Notes under the pieces: model-generated | Seen by the model: only the letters and a program-made list of their open reading frames with translations | Databases searched by the model: none | What the model was told of the DNA's origin: nothing | Source of the DNA: a virus | Lineage: Duplodnaviria; Caudoviricetes | DNA: 35,883 nt | Reading direction: 5' to 3' (one strand) | Virus record (IMG/VR): IMGVR_UViG_3300020045_004878 | Span: 1-35,883 of that record | Shown: piece by piece, positions 1-9,084 of the stretch | Layout: each line of letters begins with the position of its first letter | Numbering within the stretch: the stretch's first letter is position 1 | Position numbers and translations under genes: made by a program

Positions 1-2
1 TT

Positions 3-431
3 ACGCCCGGCACTACCGTTGACTATGCGTTCGTGGTTCGCGATATTTTGGCGGCGTTGGAGATGTTTAAGGTGGTGGCGATTGCGTATGATCGTTGGAA
101 CGCCGATCCGGTGGTGACCAAGCTTGAGAAGGAGCTTGGCGTGCCGATGGTGAAGCACGGGCAAGGTTTTGCCGGTATGTCTGGCCCATGCAAGCAGTTT
201 GAGCGTCTTGTGTTGGACGGCAGGCTTGAATATAATGAGAATCCAATCATGGATTGGGAGATGAATCAGTTGGCGATAGAGCGTGATCCGGCTGGCAATA
301 TCAAGCCGACCAAGGCTCAGTCTCGGTCCCGTATTGACGGCGTTGTGGCGTCCATCATGTCGGTCGGCCAGGCGGTTGTGGAGTTTTCCAAGAAGAGCGT
401 GTATGCTTCACGCGGAATTTTGGAGTTTTGA
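3..431 (+). CDS. terL: Terminase large subunit, C-terminal nuclease domain (5' truncated)
   Basis: Frame open from position 3 (TPGTTVDYAFVVRD); motifs IAYDRWNA, QGFAGMS, GNIKPTK..SRIDGVVA; directly upstream of the portal. Confidence 0.93.
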   Translation, partial: TPGTTVDYAFVVRDILAALEMFKVVAIAYDRWNADPVVTKLEKELGVPMVKHGQGFAGMSGPCKQFERLVLDGRLEYNENPIMDWEMNQLAIERDPAGNIKPTKAQSRSRIDGVVASIMSVGQAVVEFSKKSVYASRGILEF

Positions 432-435
432 TTGA

Positions 436-2073
436 GTGCCTAAACCCGCTACTTCGTTAGCCGCCAGCAAGCCCAAGGCTCGTCGTACAAGTCGGCCTCC
501 GCGAACGGTATCTTATTCATACATAGACTATAACGGTGCCGCGAATACCGGCGTCCGCGTCAACAAAGAAGTTGCTCTAACGTGGTCCGCATTTTACCGG
601 GCGGTGAACATCATCGCCACGGGTATCGGCGGATTGCCGTTGAAGGTGTATCGACGTGGCGAGCGTTACGGTAGAGAGTTCAAACAACACGTTCCGCAGC
701 ATCCGGTTAATCGTGTTCTTAGTGTTGCGCCCAACCATGAACAAACCCCGATGCGATGGAAAGAGTACGTCGGGGCGTCGATGTGCCTATGTGGCAACGC
801 CTACTCCGAGATTGTGCAAGTTGGGCAGGGCGTTGGCGACGTGGTGGCGTTGTTCCCGTTGCATCCCGAACGGGTGACCCCGAAGCGGGACCGAGAAACG
901 TATAAGGTCGTTTACGAATACAACGCCGGCGATGCTGCGCCGCAGGAGTTTCCATCGGAAAAGATTCTGCATATTCCATTGTTTGGCGACGATCTGGTAG
1001 GCAAGTCGCCGGTGACGTTGTTTCGCGAAACAATCGGGCTTGGCCTTGGGGCTGAGCGGCACGCGGGTGCGTCTATTGGGAACGGGGTATCGCCGTCTGG
1101 TGCGTTGACGCATCCTGAACACCTTGAACCGGAGGCGCATGAGCGATTGCGTAACCAATTCGAGAAGCGTCACAGCGGTCCGCAGAATGCCGGCCGTACG
1201 CTGATTCTTGAAGAGGGCATGACGTGGACGAAAATTGGGATTGATGCGAAGGACGCTCAATTTATCGAGCAACGTACGTTCCAAGTCGATGAGATTGCTA
1301 GGATTTTTGGTATTCCGCCGCACATGCTGGCAGAAAATACGCGGTCTACCTTCAGTAACATTGAGCACCTTGCGATTGAGTTCGTAGTCCACACGCTGCG
1401 CCCGTGGCTGATTCGTATTGAAGAAGAAATCAATCGGAAGCTGCTACCCGACAGCGGCGAATTTTATGCGAAGTTTACCGTTGATGCCCTGCTGCGCGGC
1501 GACATTAAGGCCCGATATGACGCCTACTCGGTAGGTCGTCAGTGGGGCTGGCTGTCTGCAAACGATGTGCGTGAACTTGAGGACATGGACCCGCTGGAAC
1601 CGGAAGTTGGCGACATATACTTGTCACCTGTCAATATGGTACCAGCCGAAAAGCCCAAACCCAGGGAAGCACAATCGTCCGCCGATGGCCCATTGCGTCG
1701 GCTGTTTCGTGATGCCGCCGGTCGTTTGCAGCATAGGGAAGTTACCGCGTTGGAGCGGATCATGGCCCGTGATGCGAACGATGCTGCGATGGACGTGGCA
1801 ATCGGCGAGTTCTACGATTCGTTTGCGTCGGACGTTTGCCGGATACTCGGCCCCGCGTGGGAAGCGTACGCGGAATATCGAGGCGGCACGGTGGATGTTG
1901 CGACGTGTGCGCAGGGTTTGGTTTGCGATTCACGCCGCGCCGTATTGGATGCGTTTCGCCACGGCTCGAAAACGGAGTTGAATCGTTTGCTAGCCGTTTG
2001 GAAGCAATGTCGGGCGGATCAGGTAATGCAGAAACATTTGGAGGCGTATAATGCCATTGCCACAACCAACTAG
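436..2073 (+). CDS. Phage portal protein, HK97 family, with C-terminal extension
   Basis: GNAYSEI, LFPLHPERV, ILEEGMTW, DAQFIEQR, IARIFGIPPHML, STFSNIEH, NDVRELED motifs. Confidence 0.95.
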   Translation: MPKPATSLAASKPKARRTSRPPRTVSYSYIDYNGAANTGVRVNKEVALTWSAFYRAVNIIATGIGGLPLKVYRRGERYGREFKQHVPQHPVNRVLSVAPNHEQTPMRWKEYVGASMCLCGNAYSEIVQVGQGVGDVVALFPLHPERVTPKRDRETYKVVYEYNAGDAAPQEFPSEKILHIPLFGDDLVGKSPVTLFRETIGLGLGAERHAGASIGNGVSPSGALTHPEHLEPEAHERLRNQFEKRHSGPQNAGRTLILEEGMTWTKIGIDAKDAQFIEQRTFQVDEIARIFGIPPHMLAENTRSTFSNIEHLAIEFVVHTLRPWLIRIEEEINRKLLPDSGEFYAKFTVDALLRGDIKARYDAYSVGRQWGWLSANDVRELEDMDPLEPEVGDIYLSPVNMVPAEKPKPREAQSSADGPLRRLFRDAAGRLQHREVTALERIMARDANDAAMDVAIGEFYDSFASDVCRILGPAWEAYAEYRGGTVDVATCAQGLVCDSRRAVLDAFRHGSKTELNRLLAVWKQCRADQVMQKHLEAYNAIATTN

Positions 2074-2869
2074 CGGGGAACCGCAGGACAAGTTTCTTGA
2101 TCGTTGCATGGTAGCGGCGGCGGGCGAGTTCCCCGAAACGAATCAGCGTGTAGCCGTCTGTATGAAGCAGTGGCGGGCGGGGAAGTCGTCTAGCGTTGCT
2201 TCGTTTGCGCGCCGCACGCCAGGCGGTTGCGATCGGATGTTTGTGCAGTTCGATTTGTCCGAAGAACCGGACGCATCGAAGCGTCGGATCGTCGGGCACG
2301 CGACGGTATTCAATCGCTTGAGCGAAGATCGCGGCGGGTTTTTTGTGGTTATGTCGCCCGGTGCGTTTGCTCGTTCGATTGCGGAGGATGACGTTCGGGT
2401 GTTATTCAACCACAAGGCGGATTACATTCTTGGTCGATCGACGAATGGAACGCTGCGCATGGCGGTTGACGACGTGGGCCTGCTGATTGACGCGGAACTT
2501 TCTGATACCCAGTGGGGCCGCGATACGTTTACGTCGATCAAACGTGGTGACATTACGCAAATGTCCATTGGCGGCATGATCGTTGCGGAAACCGCCCATT
2601 CGGATGCTGATACGACGATCTACACGGTCGATGAGTTCAAGTTGTGGGACGTTTCGCCTGTGACGTACGCGGCGTTTGAACAAACGGATGTAGGGGTCAA
2701 GGAAAGCAAGTCGATGAGCGATGTAGCTTGTGACGCGGAAGCGAAGCGTGTTCAAGTAGTTATGGCTGTAGACGCAATGTCCAAAAAACGGAAGTATAGG
2801 CTTGCTAAGGCAAGCCTTGAAAGCGGGCGGTTGCAGCAGGAATTGCGGTACAGAAAAGGTATCGCGTAA
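2051..2869 (+). CDS. Prohead (capsid maturation) protease, HK97 family
   Basis: IVGHATVFN, PGAFARSI, VLFNH, GRSTNGTLR, IKRGDITQMSIG, LWDVSPVTYAA; follows the portal. Confidence 0.92.
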   Translation: MPLPQPTSGEPQDKFLDRCMVAAAGEFPETNQRVAVCMKQWRAGKSSSVASFARRTPGGCDRMFVQFDLSEEPDASKRRIVGHATVFNRLSEDRGGFFVVMSPGAFARSIAEDDVRVLFNHKADYILGRSTNGTLRMAVDDVGLLIDAELSDTQWGRDTFTSIKRGDITQMSIGGMIVAETAHSDADTTIYTVDEFKLWDVSPVTYAAFEQTDVGVKESKSMSDVACDAEAKRVQVVMAVDAMSKKRKYRLAKASLESGRLQQELRYRKGIA

Positions 2870-3279
2870 TGGTGAATCCGATGAGGGGGTTCAAGTCAGT
2901 GAACCCGTTATGGTGGACGCCGAAGCCATGCGTATATTGTCTTCTTTACGAAGAAGAAATCGTATATGTCGGATCATCGGGCAACGTTTGCGGGCGTTTA
3001 GGCCAGCATGTTAAAGATATGGATATCAAGCCGTTTGATGGCGTGCGCATTCGGCGAATGAAAACGCTCCTTCATGCGCGAAAAAAGGAAGCGTCTTTGA
3101 TACGTATCCTAAAACCGCGATATAACTCTTTAATGTATGATGGTCGTGGAAGAATGGGATCGGTTGGCCATCGATATACGCGAAAGCAATGGTTGGCGAT
3201 GTTAGACGGCCCGCGCCCGAAGATGAGGCGTGGTACAGCATGGTGGCCTACTCCTCGACAAGATAAGATAGCGAACTAA
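2869..3279 (+). CDS. GIY-YIG nuclease family protein
   Basis: CVYCL...IVYVGSSGNVCGRLGQH...KKEASLIRILKPRYN fits the GIY-YIG-R-E-N pattern. Confidence 0.7.
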   Translation: MVNPMRGFKSVNPLWWTPKPCVYCLLYEEEIVYVGSSGNVCGRLGQHVKDMDIKPFDGVRIRRMKTLLHARKKEASLIRILKPRYNSLMYDGRGRMGSVGHRYTRKQWLAMLDGPRPKMRRGTAWWPTPRQDKIAN

Positions 3280-4305
3280 ATGCAGACGGCTTTGGTTTCT
3301 GGTATTACCGGCCAAACGGGCAGCTATCTAGCGGAATTACTTCTCGCCAAAGGCTACATCGTCCACGGCGTTATCCGCCGATCGTCCAGCTTCAACACCG
3401 CCCGCATTGACCACATTTTCGACAAGCTACACCTGCACTACGGCGACTTGCTTGACCCGCTGAGTCTGCGCACCATTATCGGCAAGTCAAAGCCCGACGA
3501 GGTCTACAATCTCGGCTGTCAAAGTCATGTAAAAGTCTCATTCGACCAGCCCTGCTATTCAGTAGAGACGGCGGCGATGGGTTGCCTGCACATGCTGGAA
3601 GCGGTGCGGGACTACCGCGATGCAACCGGCCACGGCGTACGATTCTACCAAGCGTCTAGTTCGGAAATGTTCGGCGACTCACCGGCCCCGCAGGACGAAA
3701 CGACGCCCTTTCGCCCGCGCAGTCCGTATGCGTGTGCGAAAGTGTACGCCTATCACCAAACAGTGAATTACCGTGAAGCGTACGGCTTACACGCCTGTAA
3801 TGGGATTCTGTTTAACCATGAATCGCCTAGACGCGGTGAAACGTTTGTTACCCGTAAGATCACGCGAGCGGCTGGGCGGATTCATCATGGGTTACAGGAC
3901 AAGCTGGTTTTGGGCAATCTCGACGCTCGCCGCGATTGGGGATTCGCGGGCGACTACGCGGACGCCATTTGGCGGATCGTGCAGCACGACACGCCGGATG
4001 ACTTCGTAGTTGCGACAAATATGAGCCTATCGGTCCGGGATTGGCTCGATATGGCGTTCCGGCACATCGGAAAACAGTGGGAGGATCATGTGGAGGTTGA
4101 CCCGCGATACTTCCGACTCACGGAAGTGCTGGACTTGTGCGGCGACTACAGCAAGGCCGAGCGATTGCTGGGTTGGAGGCCCGCTACGTCGCCCGGCGAT
4201 CTATGCCGTATGATGATGGATCACGACTTGGAATTAGCGGCCTGGGAAGCCCTAAAAAATAGCTTGACAGAAGAAGAAATTAGGCGTAAGCTGGAAGATA
4301 GATAA
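3280..4305 (+). CDS. gmd: GDP-mannose 4,6-dehydratase
   Basis: [85 protein letters not shown]: a full-length Gmd signature set. Confidence 0.96.
   Translation: MQTALVSGITGQTGSYLAELLLAKGYIVHGVIRRSSSFNTARIDHIFDKLHLHYGDLLDPLSLRTIIGKSKPDEVYNLGCQSHVKVSFDQPCYSVETAAMGCLHMLEAVRDYRDATGHGVRFYQASSSEMFGDSPAPQDETTPFRPRSPYACAKVYAYHQTVNYREAYGLHACNGILFNHESPRRGETFVTRKITRAAGRIHHGLQDKLVLGNLDARRDWGFAGDYADAIWRIVQHDTPDDFVVATNMSLSVRDWLDMAFRHIGKQWEDHVEVDPRYFRLTEVLDLCGDYSKAERLLGWRPATSPGDLCRMMMDHDLELAAWEALKNSLTEEEIRRKLEDR
4264..4292 (+). promoter_or_regulatory. Sigma70-type promoter upstream of the capsid gene
   Basis: TTGACA (4264-4269), 17 nt, TAAGCT (4287-4292), inside the 3' end of gmd. Confidence 0.6.
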
Positions 4306-4315
4306 CTGAATATCG

Positions 4316-4490
4316 GCGATTCACCCGACGACCCGCAGGGGTCATGGACGCAAGGCGTATCCGGTCGGAAGTCGCAACAGCAAGCTAAGCTCCGCGTTAG
4401 GACGAGGATCACGGCTGCTCGGTTCGGACGAAACATTGTCCGTGTCGGCGGCGTGCCTCGTTTTTTCGTTTCACGTCTCGACACGCGGAG
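4316..4490 (+). ncRNA. Structured 5' leader of the major capsid gene (candidate cis-regulatory RNA)
   Basis: Three-way junction 4316-4375; long hairpin 4401-4462 followed by a T-run; 4390-4397 (ctccgcgt) complementary to 4483-4490 (acgcggag), which contains the SD. Confidence 0.5.
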
Positions 4491-4499
4491 AAAAAAGAA

Positions 4500-5930
4500 A
4501 TGCCAACATTTAAGGAACTCGCCGAGTTGCGGCTGGCGAAAGCCGCTGAGGCGAAGAAACTCCTAGAGGCGGCTGAGACTGCCAACCGAGATATGACGGC
4601 GGAGGAAAAAACTTCCTTCGACGGTCTATCCGATGAAGTCGAAGCCCTCGACTCTAGGATTGCAAGAGTACAACGCGCGGAGCGGTTTTCGGCTTCGCCC
4701 GGACGGCAGAGTATTCCGCCTCCGGTTGGAACCGCTGGCGTCGATGCGCCGAAGGCGTTTGCAACGTCGCGTCGGCACAACGGCCTCAAAAACTTCACGC
4801 GGGCGAAATTCGGCGACGATCACGATAAGCGGGCCTATCGGGCTGGAATGTATTACCTTGCCTGTATGGGCAAGCCGGGTGCCCAGCGATGGTGCCGTGA
4901 TAATGGCATGGCTCTTGTCGCCGATCGGGACAGTTCGGACGGCGATTACTTCCTGCATCAAGAAAACATCAACTCGACCGGCGGGTATCTGGTGCCCGAC
5001 GAATTGAACCGCGATTTGATTGATCTTCGGGAGGTCTACGGCGTGTTCCGTCGGTACGCGAAAGTAATTCCGATGAACACCGACCACCTCATGCGGATGC
5101 GCCGCACTGGCGGCTTGACCGCGTACTTCGTCGGCGAAGGAAACGCGGGCACCGAATCGACGAAATCCTGGGATCAAGTTTCGTTGACCCCGAAGAAGAT
5201 CATGACCTTATCGACCGTCACGTCTGAGTTGAACGAAGACGCGATTGTCAGCCTTGGCGATGATCTGAGCGGCGAAATTGCCTTCGCATTCGCAAACAAG
5301 GAAGACGAATGCGGCTTCAACGGCGACGGAACCTCGACCTATGGGGGCATTGTTGGCGTGCGTAGTGCGTTAGCCAATCTGAGCGGGACCGTGGGCAATA
5401 TCGCCGGTCTGTATTCTGCGGGTGGTTCCTCCACCAGCGGTAAAGACACCTGGGGCGAAATTGTCCTTGGCGACTTTGCCAACGTCGTCGGATTGCTGCC
5501 CCAATATGCGGACACTCCAAACGCCAAATGGTTCGTCCATAAGACGTTTTGGGGTTCGGTCATGGAAAACCTCATGCTCGCCGCCGGTGGCAATACCGTG
5601 CAGATTCTGGAAGGCTCGCCGCGGCATCAATTCCTGGGTTACGAAGTTGTGGTCTCGCAGGTGATGCCGAAGGTCACGGCTGTTTCGCAGATTTGCGCCC
5701 TGTTGGGCGACTTGTCGCTTGCGGCTGACTTCGGAGATCGTCGGCAGACAACCGTTTCGTTCAGCGAGCACGCGACAATCGGGTCGCTCAACACGTTCGC
5801 CGCCGACTGCTTGGCAGTTCGTGGAACCGAGCGATTCGATATTAACGTACACGACGTGGGTAATGCGAGTAGCACCGCCGCTTCGCGGGTGCCTGGTCCG
5901 GTGGTCGGTCTTATTACCGCCGCGTCGTAA
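4500..5930 (+). CDS. Major capsid protein, HK97 fold, with N-terminal delta (scaffold) domain
   Basis: Coiled-coil N-terminus; STGGYLVPDEL, AYFVGEG, VTSELNEDA, FNGDGT, FLGYEVV, LLGDLS, ERFDI motifs. Confidence 0.95.
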   Translation: MPTFKELAELRLAKAAEAKKLLEAAETANRDMTAEEKTSFDGLSDEVEALDSRIARVQRAERFSASPGRQSIPPPVGTAGVDAPKAFATSRRHNGLKNFTRAKFGDDHDKRAYRAGMYYLACMGKPGAQRWCRDNGMALVADRDSSDGDYFLHQENINSTGGYLVPDELNRDLIDLREVYGVFRRYAKVIPMNTDHLMRMRRTGGLTAYFVGEGNAGTESTKSWDQVSLTPKKIMTLSTVTSELNEDAIVSLGDDLSGEIAFAFANKEDECGFNGDGTSTYGGIVGVRSALANLSGTVGNIAGLYSAGGSSTSGKDTWGEIVLGDFANVVGLLPQYADTPNAKWFVHKTFWGSVMENLMLAAGGNTVQILEGSPRHQFLGYEVVVSQVMPKVTAVSQICALLGDLSLAADFGDRRQTTVSFSEHATIGSLNTFAADCLAVRGTERFDINVHDVGNASSTAASRVPGPVVGLITAAS

Positions 5931-5941
5931 GGAGAGTTTTG

Positions 5942-6385
5942 ATGATTAAGGCATTGAATCAAAAGGTCTATCAGCTCATCGCTCCCACGACGATGACCAA
6001 CACGGCCACGACTTCGGCCAGTTGGGACACCATCGGAGCCGATTGGGCAACAATCGTGTTGAACTTCGGTGCAGAGCTTAATACGAACGGCGTTGGTCCG
6101 ACGATTTCGCTCTTGGAGTCAGACGATACGGTTGTGACAAACCATGTCACCATCGTAGCGAACCGAACTGCGGAGGATTTGGTAGCGGCCAAGAATGTCT
6201 GCTATCACGTCGATCTGCGGGCGCGTAAGCGTTATATGCGGCTGACTGTGACGACGGCAACGGCTACGAATGACAATGTTACCTTCGCAGCCGTTGGTAC
6301 GCTGTCGCGTCTTGCTAATTCGCCGGATTCAACGACCGATATGGTCAATTCGACGAATGACGTGGTGGTAACGGTAACGTCCTAG
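5942..6385 (+). CDS. Putative capsid decoration/cement protein (Thr-rich)
   Basis: Directly after the capsid gene with SD aaggag; beta-rich, with LLESDD and RKRYMRLTVT motifs typical of post-MCP proteins. Confidence 0.55.
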   Translation: MIKALNQKVYQLIAPTTMTNTATTSASWDTIGADWATIVLNFGAELNTNGVGPTISLLESDDTVVTNHVTIVANRTAEDLVAAKNVCYHVDLRARKRYMRLTVTTATATNDNVTFAAVGTLSRLANSPDSTTDMVNSTNDVVVTVTS

Positions 6386-6984
6386 TGAGTCAGGTAGCGA
6401 TTATTCTGGACGAGCGGGCGTCGTGGCTGTCGGGCTGCGAGAAGAACGTCACTTCGCAATTCGGCGAAGACGGCTTGATTGCTGCGACGCTCGCTCGGTT
6501 CGGGATGGTCAATCGGTGGTGTTTCGAGGTTGGGGCAAACGACGGCCTGTTTTATTCCAACACTAAAACGCTGCGTGACAATGGATGGGATTCCGTACTA
6601 ATTGAGGCGGGCGAAGAGCATTATCAAAAGCTCATCCGTTTTGCGGATGCCAAGACGCGGTGCATCCATGCGAAAATCGGCCCCGATTCCCTGGATGCAA
6701 TTCTCTCTGATTGCATTGCGCCAGTTGATTTGGATTTCGGGTGCATCGACATCGACGGCCAGGACTATTGGTGTTGGGACGGGATGAAGTTGTATTGCCC
6801 GCGGGTGATGCTGGTTGAGTATGCTCGTAGTGACGAATCTGTGATACCCGCACTTGGCGATGAATCCCCACGGCAAGCGACCCTAAAACCGATTATAGAA
6901 CTTGGGAAACGCAAGGGTTACGACGCCCTTGCGGCAACGTACTGCAATGTTCTTTTTGTGCGGAGTGATTTGTGGCCGAATTGA
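6385..6984 (+). CDS. FkbM-like SAM-dependent methyltransferase
   Basis: SQFGEDG, CFEVGANDG..SNT, GWDSVLIE, DFGCIDIDGQDYW, PRVMLVEY, CNVLFV motifs. Confidence 0.85.
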   Translation: MSQVAIILDERASWLSGCEKNVTSQFGEDGLIAATLARFGMVNRWCFEVGANDGLFYSNTKTLRDNGWDSVLIEAGEEHYQKLIRFADAKTRCIHAKIGPDSLDAILSDCIAPVDLDFGCIDIDGQDYWCWDGMKLYCPRVMLVEYARSDESVIPALGDESPRQATLKPIIELGKRKGYDALAATYCNVLFVRSDLWPN

Positions 6985-8246
6985 GTAAAGCGGTTGCGGG
7001 TGTTGGGTTGCAAAACGATCGGTTTTCCGGGTTGGCCGATACGCCGATTCGCCTCGACATTGGCAGCGGATTGAAGGCGATCGACGGCTTCATTCCGATT
7101 GACCGCAAGCTCGGCACAGAAGCGTTTCCGTTAGAGGGTTACGCGGACAATTCGGTTGATGAGATTTATGCCTCGCACATTCTTGAACATTTTAGTTATG
7201 CCGACGCGGTGAAAGCGTTAGCCGAATGGTTCCGGGTGTTGAAGCCCGGCGGGCGCATGCGGATTGCCGTTCCCGACCTTCAGAAAATTGCATCCGATAC
7301 TACATTCAAGGGCGAATGCGAATGGCGATTCTATTTGATGGGCGGCCAAACGGATGGTGACGACTTTCATCGTTCGGTGTACACCGAAGCCCTGTTGGAA
7401 AATTACATGGGGGCTGCGGGCCTGCGGGGGATTGAGCGATGGAAGGCTATGGAAAAAACAACTGCGGTCCTGCCGCTAAGCCTGAATCTTCAAGGCTTTA
7501 AGCCGCTTAGCGGCAACGACGAAAGCCATTTGGCGGTATCTGGCAACGGCAAAGCCGCTGTAACCAAGAAAGAAGACCCCCAGAAAATCAAAATCGCGGC
7601 GTTGACCTCTATTCCGCGAGTCGGATGGCTGGATGCGTGGGGCGTGATGTTCGATGCCTTGCGGCATTTTGGAATCCCACTGCGACGATTCACCGGCGTT
7701 TATTGGGGCCAGTGTATGCAGCGATTGTTCGAGGATTGCGTACGCGATGGACTCGATTGGATTTTGACAATCGACTACGACACGATGTTCACCGCCGAAG
7801 ACCTCGACCGGCTGATGGGCTGGTTTGGCCGAACCCCGCAAGCCGACGCAATGGCCGCTTTGCAATGCCGCCGTCAAAACGATACGCCTTTGCTGACCAT
7901 CAAGGGCGCTACCGAACGCGAGGTTACGAATGAGCCGTTTGAGGCTACGACGGCCCATTTCGGACTGACGCTGTTCCGTGTTGAAGCTATCAAGCAGATT
8001 CCTAAACCGTGGTTTTGGTCGAAACCCGATGCGAAGGGCGAATGGGGCGATGACCGGATAGATGACGACATTTGGTTTTGGCGGCAGTGGAAAGAACACG
8101 GCAAGAAACTGTTTGTCGCCCCCGATGTTACCGTCGGCCACCTGGAAGTCATGGTGACGGACTACGAAACGAAAATTGAGCCTGTACGCATGACGGCGGC
8201 GAAATGGTTGGAAGGCCGCAAGAAGGAAAGGTTTTGGCGAACATGA
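6972..8246 (+). CDS. Fusion: class I SAM methyltransferase (N-term) + GT-A fold glycosyltransferase (C-term)
   Basis: N-term RLDIGSG, NSVDEIYASHILEH, EWFRVLKPGGRMRIAVPD; C-term WILTIDYD (DxD), HFGLTLFR, PKPWF, DDDIWFW, APDVTVGH. Confidence 0.85.
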   Translation: MAELSKAVAGVGLQNDRFSGLADTPIRLDIGSGLKAIDGFIPIDRKLGTEAFPLEGYADNSVDEIYASHILEHFSYADAVKALAEWFRVLKPGGRMRIAVPDLQKIASDTTFKGECEWRFYLMGGQTDGDDFHRSVYTEALLENYMGAAGLRGIERWKAMEKTTAVLPLSLNLQGFKPLSGNDESHLAVSGNGKAAVTKKEDPQKIKIAALTSIPRVGWLDAWGVMFDALRHFGIPLRRFTGVYWGQCMQRLFEDCVRDGLDWILTIDYDTMFTAEDLDRLMGWFGRTPQADAMAALQCRRQNDTPLLTIKGATEREVTNEPFEATTAHFGLTLFRVEAIKQIPKPWFWSKPDAKGEWGDDRIDDDIWFWRQWKEHGKKLFVAPDVTVGHLEVMVTDYETKIEPVRMTAAKWLEGRKKERFWRT

Positions 8247-8488
8247 GGATTGTGTTCCTAAGAGACTGGCGTGCGTATCGCAAGGGCCAGTCAGTTGACC
8301 CGCTTGCGGCTGGTCTTGGTGCGGGGCCGGTTACGGAGCTGGTGAATCGCGGCGTAGCGGCGTATGAGGTTGTCGGCACTGAATCGGCGGCAGGCTATCA
8401 GGCCATGACGATGAAGCCGGTTCAGGTGATGACGAAGCGGCGTGCGGGCCGTCCGCCAGGCAGTAAGAACAGGCCGAAGGTGTTGTGA
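8243..8488 (+). CDS. Small head-region protein with AT-hook-like tail
   Basis: ATGA overlap with the upstream gene; MRIVFLRDWRAYRKGQ..ELVNRGVA; C-term RRAGRPPGSKNRPK. Confidence 0.65.
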   Translation: MRIVFLRDWRAYRKGQSVDPLAAGLGAGPVTELVNRGVAAYEVVGTESAAGYQAMTMKPVQVMTKRRAGRPPGSKNRPKVL

Positions 8489-9084
8489 TGGGTTCAATCG
8501 CTACAGCGGGCGCGTTGACGCAAACAGTCGCCCCGACCATTGATCCGGTGTCGCTGTCTGACATCAAAGCGCATTGTCGCGTGGACCACACGGACGATGA
8601 CGCGTATTTGTTGGGGCTGATTACTGCGGCGACGAACGCTTGTGAGAGCTTTACGGGCCGACAGCTTATCCATGCGACTTATACGCTGAAGCTTGATGGG
8701 TTTCCCGGCGAGATTGAACTGCCAAAGCCGCCGTTATCCAGCGTCACGTCGATTACCTATGTGGACACAGCGGGCACGTCGCAAACCGTTTCAGCGGATG
8801 ATTACCAGGTTGATTCCGCGTCTGTCGTTGGCCGCGTCATGCCCGCCTACGACGCCTATTGGCCCGCTACGCGGGACGGGCAATACAACGTTGTGACGGT
8901 GACTTTTGTGGCCGGTTACGGCGCGACCGCGGCGACGGTTCCAATTCGTCTGCGGCAGGGCGTCAAGGCGTTTGCGGCGACTCTCTATGAGCATCGTGAA
9001 ACCGTTGTAGTTGGAGCGATTAAAGCAGAATTGCCGGAAGTATGCCGGGCGTTGTGGTATCCGTTCAAGCTGGTGCGGACATGA
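8485..9084 (+). CDS. Head-tail connector (HK97 gp6/SPP1 gp15-like)
   Basis: PVSLSDIKAHCRVDHTDDDAYL, ESFTGRQL, TFVAGYG, LYEHRE. Confidence 0.9.
   Translation: MMGSIATAGALTQTVAPTIDPVSLSDIKAHCRVDHTDDDAYLLGLITAATNACESFTGRQLIHATYTLKLDGFPGEIELPKPPLSSVTSITYVDTAGTSQTVSADDYQVDSASVVGRVMPAYDAYWPATRDGQYNVVTVTFVAGYGATAATVPIRLRQGVKAFAATLYEHRETVVVGAIKAELPEVCRALWYPFKLVRT

Noticed and set aside
2798-2817. Perfect hairpin aggcttgc-taag-gcaagcct as a terminator
   Set aside because: Inside the protease CDS and has no T-run
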